NCBI GenBank assembly: GCA_963693365.1
Contig: CAVNZM010000002.1
Location: 7,470,454-7,534,453 of the forward strand
Length of the DNA stretch: 64,000 nucleotides
DNA from: Amoebidium appalachense
Taxonomy: Eukaryota; Protista; Ichthyosporea
Direction of reading: 5' to 3'
Shown: positions 45,370 through 56,092 of the stretch, piece after piece
Position numbering within the stretch: position 1 is the stretch's first letter
Layout: each line of letters starts with the position of its first letter
Translations under genes and position numbers: made by a program
The notes under the pieces: generated by a model
Told to the model about the DNA's origin: nothing
Database searches by the model: none
What the model saw: the letters and a program-made list of their open reading frames with translations, nothing else

Positions 45370-48300
45370 TTAGCGACGTCGGCGCTTCTTTCGTGCGGGC
45401 TGGCTGGCAGGGCCGGCCACCAAAGTACCTAGGTAGTCTGTGAGTGCTCCTGCGGCTGTGTCTTGCAGGCCGGAGTGAGGTTCCCAGGTGTCGTTCTTAG
45501 CCGTGTACCCTTTCCAACGAACTTTGTAAAGGGCTTGGGCAGTTGCCGAGTCGTACTTGTGGGCAATAATTTTTGCCACTTCGAAGGTGGGGGTGGGTGA
45601 ATCTTGCGGACCAGAGTCGGCTGGCGTCATATCAACGTCGTCACGGGGAAAATACGGCTTCAAGTGACGTGCGTGTGCTCGAACGGTGTCCGTTGACCCA
45701 ACCCGCTGAATTTCGTAAGACATGGGGGCGTCGGTAACGCGCCGCAGGACGCGATACGGACCTTCCCATTTAGGTCTGAGTGCCGTGGGTAGACTGTGGT
45801 CGGTGGTGGAGTCTGTGACTGCTTTCAACACCAGACCCTCGAGTTCTGTGGGTTCACGAGCATTTTTGTTAGCCGTGATTTTACTACGACGGGCAGCTTC
45901 AGACATAATTCGTGTGACTGTTTGCCGGGCATACTGCACTCGTTGCAGTAGTTCTCGACGGTATTCCTCCGTCTCCATCCCACATGAAGCCGCAATTGGG
46001 GGGCGGGGGGGCTCGACCGGATCTCTGCCATAAAGCATGAAGAATGGCGTGTCCCCCAAGGAAGAGTGGTAGGCGGTGCGGTAGGAAAACAGTACTTGCG
46101 GTAAGTAGTCAATCCATTCGTGGTGTTTATCCTGCACGAGAGTGGCAAGAATATTCTTAAGTGTGCGATTGAATCGCTCTACGGCACCATTGGTCTGGGG
46201 GCTGTAGGGACTTGCAAAAATTCGTTTTGTAGCCAACACTCGACAGACATCTGTGACCAACATAGCTGCCAAATTCGCGCCGTTGTCTGATACTAAAAAT
46301 TCCGGACGACCGTGACGGCAGTAGATGGAGTCTTCGAATGCCTTTGCCACATCTTCGGCTGTGGGTGTTTTGTGAAATAAAATCACTTCCGGCCAGCGAG
46401 TGAAGAGGTCGAGAAACACCAACAGGGAAACTCTGAGATCAGATTTCGTAGGCATCTCAGTAATGTCCATAGACACGTATTGAAAGGGATAGGTGGGGAT
46501 AAAACCATCGTGAATTCGTAGTTTCTTTTGCATTCGGGGTGTCTTCCGGTATTGACAGGCTTTGCATGTGGTTACCCACTGCACCGAGTCTTGCCATACA
46601 CGTGGCCACCATGCTATCTGGGTAACACGGTGGAAGGTGCGTGCTGCGTCGAGGTGACCTGCGGTTGGGGCGTCGTGACATGCGGCCAAAACGAGGCGCA
46701 CAAGCGTAGACGGCACCCAAATTCGTGGTTCCTTGCTGGGTTTGCGGGGGCCACGCTGTTCTAGGACCCACACATACACAAGGTCATTGTCTATGGTGCA
46801 GCGACTAGCTTCCATCGCGATTTCGTTGCCAAATAATTCGTAGCCCGGTGCTTTTTCCAGGTAGGCCCTGACTTTCGCAATGTGTTTATCAGCCTTCTGT
46901 GCTGACACATACTGTTCATAGGTGGGCATTCGTCCATCCGCTTTTGGGGGAATAAATTCTGGCGGCGTGGTATTAGGTTTCGTGGGTTCAGCTGGGGGTG
47001 GGTGGGTGGCAGCTTGTGCCTGCGCTGTCGCTGCGGCGGAGCGTGTTACCGCAAACACCGTGGACGAGCCCGAGACTGTGCCGATCAGTGAGGGGTATGT
47101 CAGCTCAGTATCTTCGGGTCCTGGTTGCGCATTTTCTTTAGATGGCCGAGAGAGTCCATCAGCATTGCTGTGGTGTTTGCCCGCCCTGTGCTGAATTTCG
47201 TATGTGTATGCGGAAAGCGCCATTTGCCAGCCTGCAACAACAGGTTCCGGTGCATCGCCGGTAGACAGAATGCGCGTCAAGCTGGAGTGGTCGGTTCGTA
47301 ACAAGAAAGGAGCCCCATAGGTGTAAGCGCGAAATGCTTTGCACACAGCCCAATACACACCTAAGGCTTCCCTTTTATTCGCCGCATAATTTCGTTCACT
47401 CTTAGAGAGTGTTCTGCTAGCATAAGCTATGGGTCGTTCTTTGCCGTCATCACCTACCTGCGAAATCACTGCGCCCAGAGCATACTGTGAAGCATCTGAG
47501 TCAACAATAAAAGGTTTGGTGAAATCGGGGTGAGCAAGCACAGGTGCATTAATTAACGCATTCTTAAGGGTATCGTATGCTTTCTCCTGTTCCGTACCCC
47601 ACACCCATGCAGCATTTTTCTGTGCTTTCTTTTTCGTGGCCAAAATAGCTGCAGAATCGGCGTGCAAATTTTTTGCTTCGTCTTTTCGTTGTTTTGCGCT
47701 GCCGTTGCGTTTGGCGGGTTTCGTAGAGGGGGGCATTTTTGCGTGAATTCGTTTTAGTAATTCTGAATCCTCCTTCGAGGTGCCCAGCATTCGCGTGAGT
47801 GGTTCAGCCGTATGGCTGAAATCGTCCACAAATATTCGATAATATGAAAATAACCCGAGGTCACTTCGTAGCTCAGATAAATTTTGTGGGTAGCTTTTAT
47901 TCTTTATTGCTGCCACTTTTTCTGGGTCTACCTTAATACCATCCGGGCATACGCGATGGCCTAAATAGCCAACTTCTTCCATGAACAAAGAGCATTTTCT
48001 GCCTTTCAGTTTTAATCCTGCATCACAGAGCCGGGAAAAACATGAATCTAAATGCCCAAAATGTTCTTCGATAGTGGGTGACATAACTAATATATCATCG
48101 AGATATATGAGTACATGTGTCCACAGCATACCAGCGAATACACGGTTCATCATCCTTGAAAAGACAGCAGGCATGTTACTTACTCCAAAAGGTGCGCGTG
48201 CGAATTGATACTGCCCCCAGGGGGTGGTAAATGCAAGTTTTTCTTTGTCGTTATCGGCTACTTTGACTTGGTGGTAACCACCGTTTAAATCAAGTGCGGA

Positions 48301-50271
48301 AAACACGCGGGCACCTCTGAGCATACCCAGAGCCATGTCAATTCGTGGTAAAGGGTAACCGTCTTTCTTCGTAATCAAGTTCAGCATTCTAAAATCAATG
48401 CAGACTCTTAAAGACCCGTCCTTTTTCGCCACCAACACCATCGGAGCGGAGTAAGGGCTGGACGCAGGCTCAATCACTCCAAACTCTACCCAATTTTGAA
48501 TTTGTTTGTGTAGGCTATCGCGAAGGTGATGTGGGATGTTATAGGGCCTGCGGTACTGTGGTATGGTGGTAGTTACTTCGATCGACAGTTCGTCTAAGGT
48601 ACTCAAACCAAAGTCGTTGTCGTGTGCAGAGAACACATGCTTCCATTTCTTAAGCAGTTTTCGTATCCGTTTCGCCAACGGTTTCCGTTGGTCTGGGGGA
48701 GTTCCAGGCATGTCGTATTCTTCTGGAGGTTTGACCCCAAAAGGCAAGTCGTCGTCTGTGGCGGCTTCCCCGTCGGAGGTACATTCGTGCGTACGCTTTC
48801 GTAAATTATTCGTATCCTCCAGTGCAGTGGTAGATGGTGCCCCATCTGCTGCTTCGATAGTAGGTGGCCCTACCTCTGGTTTTGTTCGTGCTGGATTACC
48901 AAAACCATTCATTTTCGTGGAACTGCGCTGTGTGGTGTTCTCTTTCGTACTCATATTCATAATTTTACTCCGTTCACACACCTTAATACTACCGTTAATA
49001 TTAGTAGCCGCCTGGAAAGTGTGTGGTTCGTGTTCGGTGGGTTCTTCGGTTGATTCCTGCGAAGAAAAGTTCGTTTTAGCAGAGGTACCTAATGGATGGC
49101 CGGGGTGTGGGGTTGTCGCCCTCCTGGTTCCATTACCGGAGTGTGGACGTGCTAAAAGAGTAACAGTGTCATCTGATTGCAAGGGAATAAACATGGCCAC
49201 CTCCGTACCAGGGCCTAGGTACACATGATGGTCCGATGTGTTAGTCAACAACACCTTGCATTCGTATTCGTCCTCGATCACACTTTCTTCGCTAGTGGAG
49301 AGGGGGGGTTCGTTATTCGAAATTCGAGCTAAACTGGTGACACTGCATGCTGTTGTGTAAGCCCGTGAATTAAGTGGACCACATGGAACCACTGTGCCCA
49401 TACAACAGTCTAAAGTTCGTGGTGGTGGTGCGCCGGCAGCGAGTTTTATTTTACACGTTGCGATATTTGACGCATCTACCGGGAGGTGAATACCTGTGGT
49501 GGTAATTAATACGCGAGAAACAGCTGTCTCCTCCGCACTCCCACGCAACCACCACACCGGAATACTGCACCTGCGATTTCCCTTAGCATACATGAACGAA
49601 AGTTCTGCAGCACCGTAATCAATTCGTCCCTGTTGTGGCCCCATGAAATCAACACCTAATAAGGCATCATATGGTAGATTATCAATCACATGCCATCTGT
49701 GCACCACTAGAGCAGATTCGTTGGGAATGGCGAGAGTGAGAGATATACTTCCTTGGCATGTCATTTCGTTACTTTGTGCATCCAGTACACTAAAATTAGG
49801 AACATGCTGAATTCGTTTTCTTGCCACTACAGGGAGAGATTCGTAAAATGCTGTGCTTATACAGCTATGGCTAGCACCAGAGTCGACAACTACTGTGACT
49901 AGCTTCCCATGCACATACATTCGCGCAAGTGTGGCTGTGCATTTATTTTCGTGGGTTAATGTGCACACAGTGGCATTTTCATGCCGTGGTTCTGCAATGG
50001 AGGAGTGCACACGGTCAGCAAAATGCACATTTTTCTTTTTGCGCGGGGGCGGGGTGTGCGTGTGCATGGGGGGGTCAGTACACGGGGGTAACTGTTCGTG
50101 GGGGGGTGGGGCACATGCAGATTCGTGGGAGGGCTCCGAGACAACAGAAATTTCCGCACCAGTAGATTTATTTTGCAATTTATCTGCCAGAGGGGAACAC
50201 AGTTCCAGCTCTGCTATTAAATCAAATACATTATGTTCTACTGGGGAGAGACCAGTCCCTTGCCCGCCTTC
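45370..50271 (-). CDS. pol: Gypsy Pol (protease, RT, RNase H, integrase, chromodomain); frame is open right up to the gag stop
   Basis: VVDSGAS; LDLNGGYHQ; YLDD; DSDASQYALG; HDAPTAGH..CKAC; SDNG; NGAVER; KWEGPY; chromodomain FEVAKIIAH..YKVRWKGY..DTWEP; basic tail RKKRRRR. Confidence 0.96.
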   Translation of the reverse strand, partial: EGGQGTGLSPVEHNVFDLIAELELCSPLADKLQNKSTGAEISVVSEPSHESACAPPPHEQLPPCTDPPMHTHTPPPRKKKNVHFADRVHSSIAEPRHENATVCTLTHENKCTATLARMYVHGKLVTVVVDSGASHSCISTAFYESLPVVARKRIQHVPNFSVLDAQSNEMTCQGSISLTLAIPNESALVVHRWHVIDNLPYDALLGVDFMGPQQGRIDYGAAELSFMYAKGNRRCSIPVWWLRGSAEETAVSRVLITTTGIHLPVDASNIATCKIKLAAGAPPPRTLDCCMGTVVPCGPLNSRAYTTACSVTSLARISNNEPPLSTSEESVIEDEYECKVLLTNTSDHHVYLGPGTEVAMFIPLQSDDTVTLLARPHSGNGTRRATTPHPGHPLGTSAKTNFSSQESTEEPTEHEPHTFQAATNINGSIKVCERSKIMNMSTKENTTQRSSTKMNGFGNPARTKPEVGPPTIEAADGAPSTTALEDTNNLRKRTHECTSDGEAATDDDLPFGVKPPEEYDMPGTPPDQRKPLAKRIRKLLKKWKHVFSAHDNDFGLSTLDELSIEVTTTIPQYRRPYNIPHHLRDSLHKQIQNWVEFGVIEPASSPYSAPMVLVAKKDGSLRVCIDFRMLNLITKKDGYPLPRIDMALGMLRGARVFSALDLNGGYHQVKVADNDKEKLAFTTPWGQYQFARAPFGVSNMPAVFSRMMNRVFAGMLWTHVLIYLDDILVMSPTIEEHFGHLDSCFSRLCDAGLKLKGRKCSLFMEEVGYLGHRVCPDGIKVDPEKVAAIKNKSYPQNLSELRSDLGLFSYYRIFVDDFSHTAEPLTRMLGTSKEDSELLKRIHAKMPPSTKPAKRNGSAKQRKDEAKNLHADSAAILATKKKAQKNAAWVWGTEQEKAYDTLKNALINAPVLAHPDFTKPFIVDSDASQYALGAVISQVGDDGKERPIAYASRTLSKSERNYAANKREALGVYWAVCKAFRAYTYGAPFLLRTDHSSLTRILSTGDAPEPVVAGWQMALSAYTYEIQHRAGKHHSNADGLSRPSKENAQPGPEDTELTYPSLIGTVSGSSTVFAVTRSAAATAQAQAATHPPPAEPTKPNTTPPEFIPPKADGRMPTYEQYVSAQKADKHIAKVRAYLEKAPGYELFGNEIAMEASRCTIDNDLVYVWVLEQRGPRKPSKEPRIWVPSTLVRLVLAACHDAPTAGHLDAARTFHRVTQIAWWPRVWQDSVQWVTTCKACQYRKTPRMQKKLRIHDGFIPTYPFQYVSMDITEMPTKSDLRVSLLVFLDLFTRWPEVILFHKTPTAEDVAKAFEDSIYCRHGRPEFLVSDNGANLAAMLVTDVCRVLATKRIFASPYSPQTNGAVERFNRTLKNILATLVQDKHHEWIDYLPQVLFSYRTAYHSSLGDTPFFMLYGRDPVEPPRPPIAASCGMETEEYRRELLQRVQYARQTVTRIMSEAARRSKITANKNAREPTELEGLVLKAVTDSTTDHSLPTALRPKWEGPYRVLRRVTDAPMSYEIQRVGSTDTVRAHARHLKPYFPRDDVDMTPADSGPQDSPTPTFEVAKIIAHKYDSATAQALYKVRWKGYTAKNDTWEPHSGLQDTAAGALTDYLGTLVAGPASQPARKKRRRR

Positions 50272-52272
50272 CTATTCTACACGTGCTCTCTTGAACTTGG
50301 CCCGATTAGCCTCAATCTCTGCCTTGCGGGTTCCCTTCTTAAAGTTGGGGTCGTACTTGGGGCAAATTGGTGACCCCCCAAAGTGCCCCTTCTGCTTGCA
50401 GGAGTGGCATTCGAATTTGAGGGCCGGGCACGTCTTGCCTTCGGCGTGGCTGCCGTACTTGCACCCACGGTTGCAGGGGGTGGTGCCCATGCGCGAAAAA
50501 ATAGACGGCTTCTCGCTGGCACCAGATCCACCACCGGGTTGCTGTTTTGTGGGGGGTTTCTGTGTTAGAATGGTGGATGGGGTTCGTGTGTGCCTGTCTC
50601 TTTCTTTTTCTGCGAGATAGGCAACAACTCCAGACAGGGTCAATTCTTCTTCTTTTCGTGTTTGTCTGAGTTGATATTTGCGAAATTCTTGTTCGTCTTC
50701 CCCACCCAATCGGTGAGACAAATCCAAAATTTGGTGTGCCTCAGACTTAAGGGGGTACACACGTGCCCACAAACGCGCATGCCTGCTTGCAAATTCGGCC
50801 ACCTTTTGCTTGCCTTGTTTGAGTGCATTTAATTCGGCACTGAGTGCCTCTTGCACACGCTGGTCGTGAAATTTCGTAACTAGTGCATGTGCAAATGCAT
50901 CAAACGTGAGTTCTCCCTGTGTCCTGGTAAAATTCGTGTACCACACACGGGCGGGGGAAGCAAGAGGAAAGCACTGCACCGCCCAGCGAACAGCAAGTGT
51001 GGGGGGGACCCCTGCAATGCAAAACATCTGCTGGGAAAATTCGTGCAGCCATTCAATCACCGTGCATTTATCCTGCAAGTCACCCTTGTATTCTGGTAGT
51101 TTCAATGCAGCCAAGATGGGGCCGTATTCGGATGCATGCAACTGGCGGAGAGGGTGCAACCACAGTTTTTCGTGCTCTGCAAAGTGCTTGTTCAATATAG
51201 ACCCAGCCTTACCTCCTGAGCCTGTGCTGACATCAGAGCCTCTCGGGCGACTTGGCGTGCCTGCCAGTCCACCTGCAGACGCCAGAGGGGATCCTGCAAG
51301 GGGGATTTCGTTAAATACGGGTGCTTTAGGCTGGTCGAAGTGATCTTCTTCATGCACTTTCGCAGTCATGTGTTCGTTTTCGTTTGTGGGTGTGTCTTCG
51401 TAACTTTGTTCGTGTTTTTCTTCATTTTCAGCATCAGAATCAGTGTAGCTGAGTGTGCGCGCAAGCACATCCTTATATGTAAATTTAGTGGGGGGTGCGG
51501 GAGGTGCAATTACCTTGGGATCAGTGCACCCAGATGGGACCGGGGACAAAGGCTTCTTGCCTGTGGTGGGTGGGGGAGGACGGGGGGTGGTGGGCACCGT
51601 CGTATTTTTCACACGTGCCTCAGCCACCAACTGTGCTTCCCGCTCCAACTCAGACCATTTCGCGGACGTGCACAACATTTTAGACAGTGTGGTGTCTTCC
51701 ATCTGCGAAATCTCACTGTAAATCTGCGCGACATCAGCTTCGAGGTCCATCACAGGCCGCCCAGCATCGATTGCAGTTTGAATGGCACGTCTCAGAGTTT
51801 CAATACGATAGAACTTGGAGAGAACACGGCCCCGCACCTCTGCCAGAGCTGTGGCAGTGTCCCGGTCTTGTTTCGTTTTTTCCTTCGTTGCTACTTGAAG
51901 TTCGTTCGTGTGTTTGTTGGTGTTCGTGTGTTCGTTGGTGTTCGTATGTTCGTTGGTTTTCGTGTGTTCGTTGCGCTTCGTTTTGTCTTTGGGTTTCGTG
52001 CTTTCGTTGGGCTTCGTTTCTTCGTTGCCAGTGGGCTTCGTAGTTGCCTTTGTGTTCGTGTGTGTGTTGGGTTTTGTGATCGTGTTCGGTTTCTGGGGAG
52101 CACGAGGCTGTGTAGGGGGAGGGGTGGGGAGTGTTTTCGTGCCCTGCCCCGGAGTCTTGGCTTTCTTCTGCGTTGGGGGCGGCGGTTTGACTGCGGTAGG
52201 CTTCTTGGTGTCACGTCTCAGTTTGCTTTCATTGTCCGAGAGTACAGGGTAGTCGTCAAATTCGCCCGCCAT
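50272..52272 (-). CDS. gag: Gypsy Gag (666 aa)
   Basis: Retrotransposon capsid-like ARVWY...FAHALVTKF...LKQGKQKVAEF; twin Cys/His knuckles CNRGC..H..CPALKFECHSCKQKGH..C; low-complexity TNEH repeats at the N-terminus. Confidence 0.92.
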   Translation of the reverse strand: MAGEFDDYPVLSDNESKLRRDTKKPTAVKPPPPTQKKAKTPGQGTKTLPTPPPTQPRAPQKPNTITKPNTHTNTKATTKPTGNEETKPNESTKPKDKTKRNEHTKTNEHTNTNEHTNTNKHTNELQVATKEKTKQDRDTATALAEVRGRVLSKFYRIETLRRAIQTAIDAGRPVMDLEADVAQIYSEISQMEDTTLSKMLCTSAKWSELEREAQLVAEARVKNTTVPTTPRPPPPTTGKKPLSPVPSGCTDPKVIAPPAPPTKFTYKDVLARTLSYTDSDAENEEKHEQSYEDTPTNENEHMTAKVHEEDHFDQPKAPVFNEIPLAGSPLASAGGLAGTPSRPRGSDVSTGSGGKAGSILNKHFAEHEKLWLHPLRQLHASEYGPILAALKLPEYKGDLQDKCTVIEWLHEFSQQMFCIAGVPPTLAVRWAVQCFPLASPARVWYTNFTRTQGELTFDAFAHALVTKFHDQRVQEALSAELNALKQGKQKVAEFASRHARLWARVYPLKSEAHQILDLSHRLGGEDEQEFRKYQLRQTRKEEELTLSGVVAYLAEKERDRHTRTPSTILTQKPPTKQQPGGGSGASEKPSIFSRMGTTPCNRGCKYGSHAEGKTCPALKFECHSCKQKGHFGGSPICPKYDPNFKKGTRKAEIEANRAKFKRARVE

Positions 52273-52312
52273 GGTTGAAGAGATTCTTGAAAGATGTGAG
52301 ATTCTGGAACTG

Positions 52313-52323
52313 CGCGGTCGCCA
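52313..52323 (-). promoter_or_regulatory. Primer binding site, probably tRNA-Arg
   Basis: TGGCGACCGCG lies one base after the 5' LTR and is complementary to a ...CGCGGUCG-CCA tRNA 3' end. Confidence 0.75.
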
Positions 52324-52324
52324 A

Positions 52325-52934
52325 TGTAAACAGTTGAACTAGTTGGGATAAGGCAGAGAACAACTGAATCAGAATAAAGACAGAGAACGGGTAGTAAGGC
52401 ACACGCGGCCAGGTTACTATTTAATGTGCTCGTTCAGAGTGATCCCCCGTACTGGGACGGCTTGTTTATATAGCCCCCAGGTTCCGGATCATCTGGATGG
52501 GTGGCATTGATGCCTTCGTGACTTCTGACCAGTCAGAAGAGTGCGGTCGTCTTTATGTGCACACAGTGCACCAATAACATGAAGCTAACTAAAAGGATAA
52601 CTTTGTGGCAAATGATTGGTCAATACTTAAGCCCGTTTAGGTTTATGCAACTGGGTCTGATTTCCTTATTGGTTCCGTTCGTTTAGCTATAGATGTCGCC
52701 TCCGTAGTGGATGAGACTTGCATTCCTATCCTAGCGGTTCTCGAATTCTATTGGTTCATACTGACTGCACGGCCACTGCATATTGCCGGCGCCGCGGCTC
52801 AGTCGTGAGCCGCAGCCCGCGGCTGTCGCGTGTGATATTGATCTGATCATATGTACACAATATCTACGTGATCACTATGATATGTACAGTATATTCGTAA
52901 TAGTAAACATGTACGGCGTGTACAGATGTTTACA
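52325..52934 (-). repeat. Gypsy 5' LTR
   Basis: 610 bp; TATATAAA on the minus strand near 52465-52472. Confidence 0.96.
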
Positions 52935-55232
52935 GTGCTGTGTGCCTACTTCAACAAATATGCGGCCGAGAAGGTTTACTCCGTGACTCTCTACCCCTTC
53001 GCCCGTTTCTGCCGTGCCCAGTGGCACATCCTCCGGTGGGTGTGTGCGCTCATCATTGCGGGCATCATCATTGCATTCATTGCCGTCGACATGTGGGGCG
53101 ACTGGATGCGCTTTGTGTCCATCGGTGGTCTTGCCTTCTTCATCGCCATGGGCTACTTCTGCTCGTGGAAGCGCCATGCCGTTAATTGGCGCCCCGTCAT
53201 CTGGGGTATCTCCCTGCAGCTGGTGTTTGGCTTCCTTGTGCTCAAGTGGCAGCCCGGCTACGACGCACTTGACTGGCTGTCCGGCCACGTGTCCCGCTTC
53301 CTTTTGTACTCGGACGAAGGTGCCGCTTTCGTGTTTGGCGAGGGCTTCCGCGAGCTTTTCTTTGCCTTCAAGGTGCTGCCCACAGTCATCTTCTTTGCCT
53401 CGTTCATGGGTATTTGCTACTACTTTGGTCTCATGCAGATGATAATTGCCAAGCTATCCTTCGTCATGCAGAAGACCCTCGGTACGTCTGCCGCGGAGTC
53501 TCTGAACGCCGCCGGCAACATCTTCCTGGGCCAGACCGAGGCACCTCTCCTGATCAAGCCGTTCCTCAAGAACATGACCAAGTCCGAGCTGCATGCCGTC
53601 ATGACGGGTGGATTTGGCACCATTGCTGGCAGTGTCATGGCCGCATTCATCGGCTTCGGCATCTCCGCCAGCTCTCTGATGGCGGCATCCGTGATGGCGG
53701 CACCTGCCTGCCTGGCCATGTCCAAGCTGGTCTACCCCGAGACAGAGGAGTCAGAGACGGCCGCCGGTACGGACTTTGTTCTTCCCAAGTCTGAGGCCCA
53801 AAACGTGATTGAAGCCGCCTCTGCCGGTGCCAGCGATGCCATTCCCCTGGCCCTCAACATCGGTGCCGCCATGATTGCTTTCGTGTCCCTTCTGGGTCTG
53901 ATCAACAACATGTTCATGTTCGTCGGTGACATGGTCGGCATCGAGGGGTTTACCTTTGAGTATATGTGCTCGTACGTTCTTCGACCAATAGCCTTCCTCA
54001 TGGGTGTGCCATGGGTGAATGCCGGCCACGTTGCTTCTCTGATGGGTCTCAAGACATTCGTCAATGAGGTGTGTATTTGGCTGTGTGTGCGTGCATGATA
54101 ACGTTAATGGACCCATTGTTGTGCTGTGTTTGCGTGCATGTTAAATTTCCGTCTTTTTCTTTTCATTAGACACTGGTACGTTGATACTGGCACGTGGACT
54201 GCATCAACACATATGGACAAAACACGTGTATCCTATGACATTATGATACAGTGTCCACTCGTATCACCCACCACGAGTCACGCAAGACAGGAGCCCAATG
54301 AACCGCACCATGATTCAGAAACATGCACATCAGTGTGATTTTTGACTTTTACAAACTGAAACACATTTCCTTCCCCCCAGTTCGTTGCATACACCCGCCT
54401 TGCCGATATGATCAAGGCCGGTATCCTGAGCAAGCGTGCGGAGACGATTGCGACATTTGCGCTGTGCGGGTTTGCCAACTTCAGCTCCATTGCCGTGCAG
54501 CTGGGCGGGCTGGGCGCCATGGCCCCCAACCGCTACAGGGACCTGGCCACGCTGGCCTTCAGCGCAATGCTCACCGGCACCGCCACCACATGGATGAACG
54601 CCTCCATTGCCGGCATCCTGATGTCGGCCCAGTAACTCGAGCAACATTGCTGATCCAAAATGGGTGGGGTTTTCTTTAGGTACTGTAATCAAGGGTTGAA
54701 AGGTATGCATCTAGGCCAGCCTTTTAGCTAATAGAATTTTTGTGTCTATAGTAAGTTCCTAGTTTGTAACTAGGTACAGCTAGGTACAAGTTTTAATTCT
54801 CACTGTTGGGAAAGATAATGAAAAGTATGTAGGAGAGCCGACAGGGTACATGAAATTATCTGTTCGGATGCGAATGGATTCCACCTACCCCGTGGCAGGT
54901 AAACGAAATAAAAGCCTCGAGTACCTGCAATTTGTGCTTTTTTAAAACCATTTCTGGCTCAAGCAGTTTATGCATTTCCACCGAAACGATATATGTACGT
55001 AAACTCTAACACAACATCACGACATCAAGCATGCATGCTCACTCTTGCACATGCATGAAATGCACACTCGAAAGCAAGCAGGCACGCACACACGAATGCA
55101 TAAGCGCACACAGAGAGAGTGAGAGAGTGTGAAAGGAGATGGGGTGGGGGGAAGATGAGGGGGGGGGGGGGGGGGGGGGGGGAGAGAGAGAGAGAGAGAG
55201 ATAGGGAGAGATGAAGAGAGAGAGAGAGAGAG

Positions 55233-55287
<55 letters not shown>

Positions 55288-55404
55288 AGAGAGAGAGAGA
55301 GAGAAAGAAGCACGTACGCGCGCGCACACACACACACACAGACATGCATGGACACACACCCAAAGTTGTACACGCATGCGCGCACACACATACAATCACT
55401 TACT

Positions 55405-55438
<34 letters not shown>

Positions 55439-55774
55439 GTCACACACACGTGACACACCGTGACACCTACCCACCCTGTATTGAGTGTATGAGCGGTTTT
55501 ACTCTTGATTCCAACGGGCGGTGTCAATAACTTTAAACCACTAGACTGCAAAATGATGGTGCGTGCTTATTGGGCTTGCGGGCGGTATATGGGTGGTCTT
55601 CTGAATGATTTTCTTTTAATATTTCATATTTAAATTTTTATTTTTACACTTGAAACCCATGGCTTGTGACAGTTGTCCATGCATTAATGACGAATGTGAT
55701 GATAAGAATTGCTTTTGCAAACCAAACCTAATATTAATTTAATGACTTGAAGCGTGTGTGAGTTTGTTGTGTTG

Positions 55775-55835
<61 letters not shown>

Positions 55836-55973
55836 GGGGGGGGGGGGGGGGGGGGGGGGTAATTTAAAACCTCGGTGATTTGCCAATCTTATAGATTTAA
55901 AATGGTGCTGCTTGGCCAACCAGCAAGAATTGCCATGATCATCAGTAGCATATCTGTATCACATGTTAGTATT

Positions 55974-56092
<119 letters not shown>

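Larger units (their letters stand above)
44695..52934 (-). mobile_element. Full-length, intact chromodomain-bearing Ty3/gypsy LTR retrotransposon
   Basis: 610-bp LTRs bounded by TGTAAACA...TGTTTACA; TSD GTGCT (44690-44694 and 52935-52939); PBS and PPT present; order gag-PR-RT-RH-IN-chromodomain. Confidence 0.98.
44405..54635 (+). pseudogene. SLC28A-like: Na+/H+-coupled concentrative nucleoside transporter (SLC28/CNT/NupC family), 557 aa when restored; interrupted by the gypsy element
   Basis: Joining 44405-44694 + 52940-54068 + 54381-54635 gives an open frame (..ASCVL|CAYF..). Motifs NWRPVIWG, FAFKVLP, GTSAAES, NIFLGQTEAPLLIKPF, TIAGSV, NE|FVAY and LCGFANFSS. GT-AG intron at 54069-54380. Confidence 0.95.
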
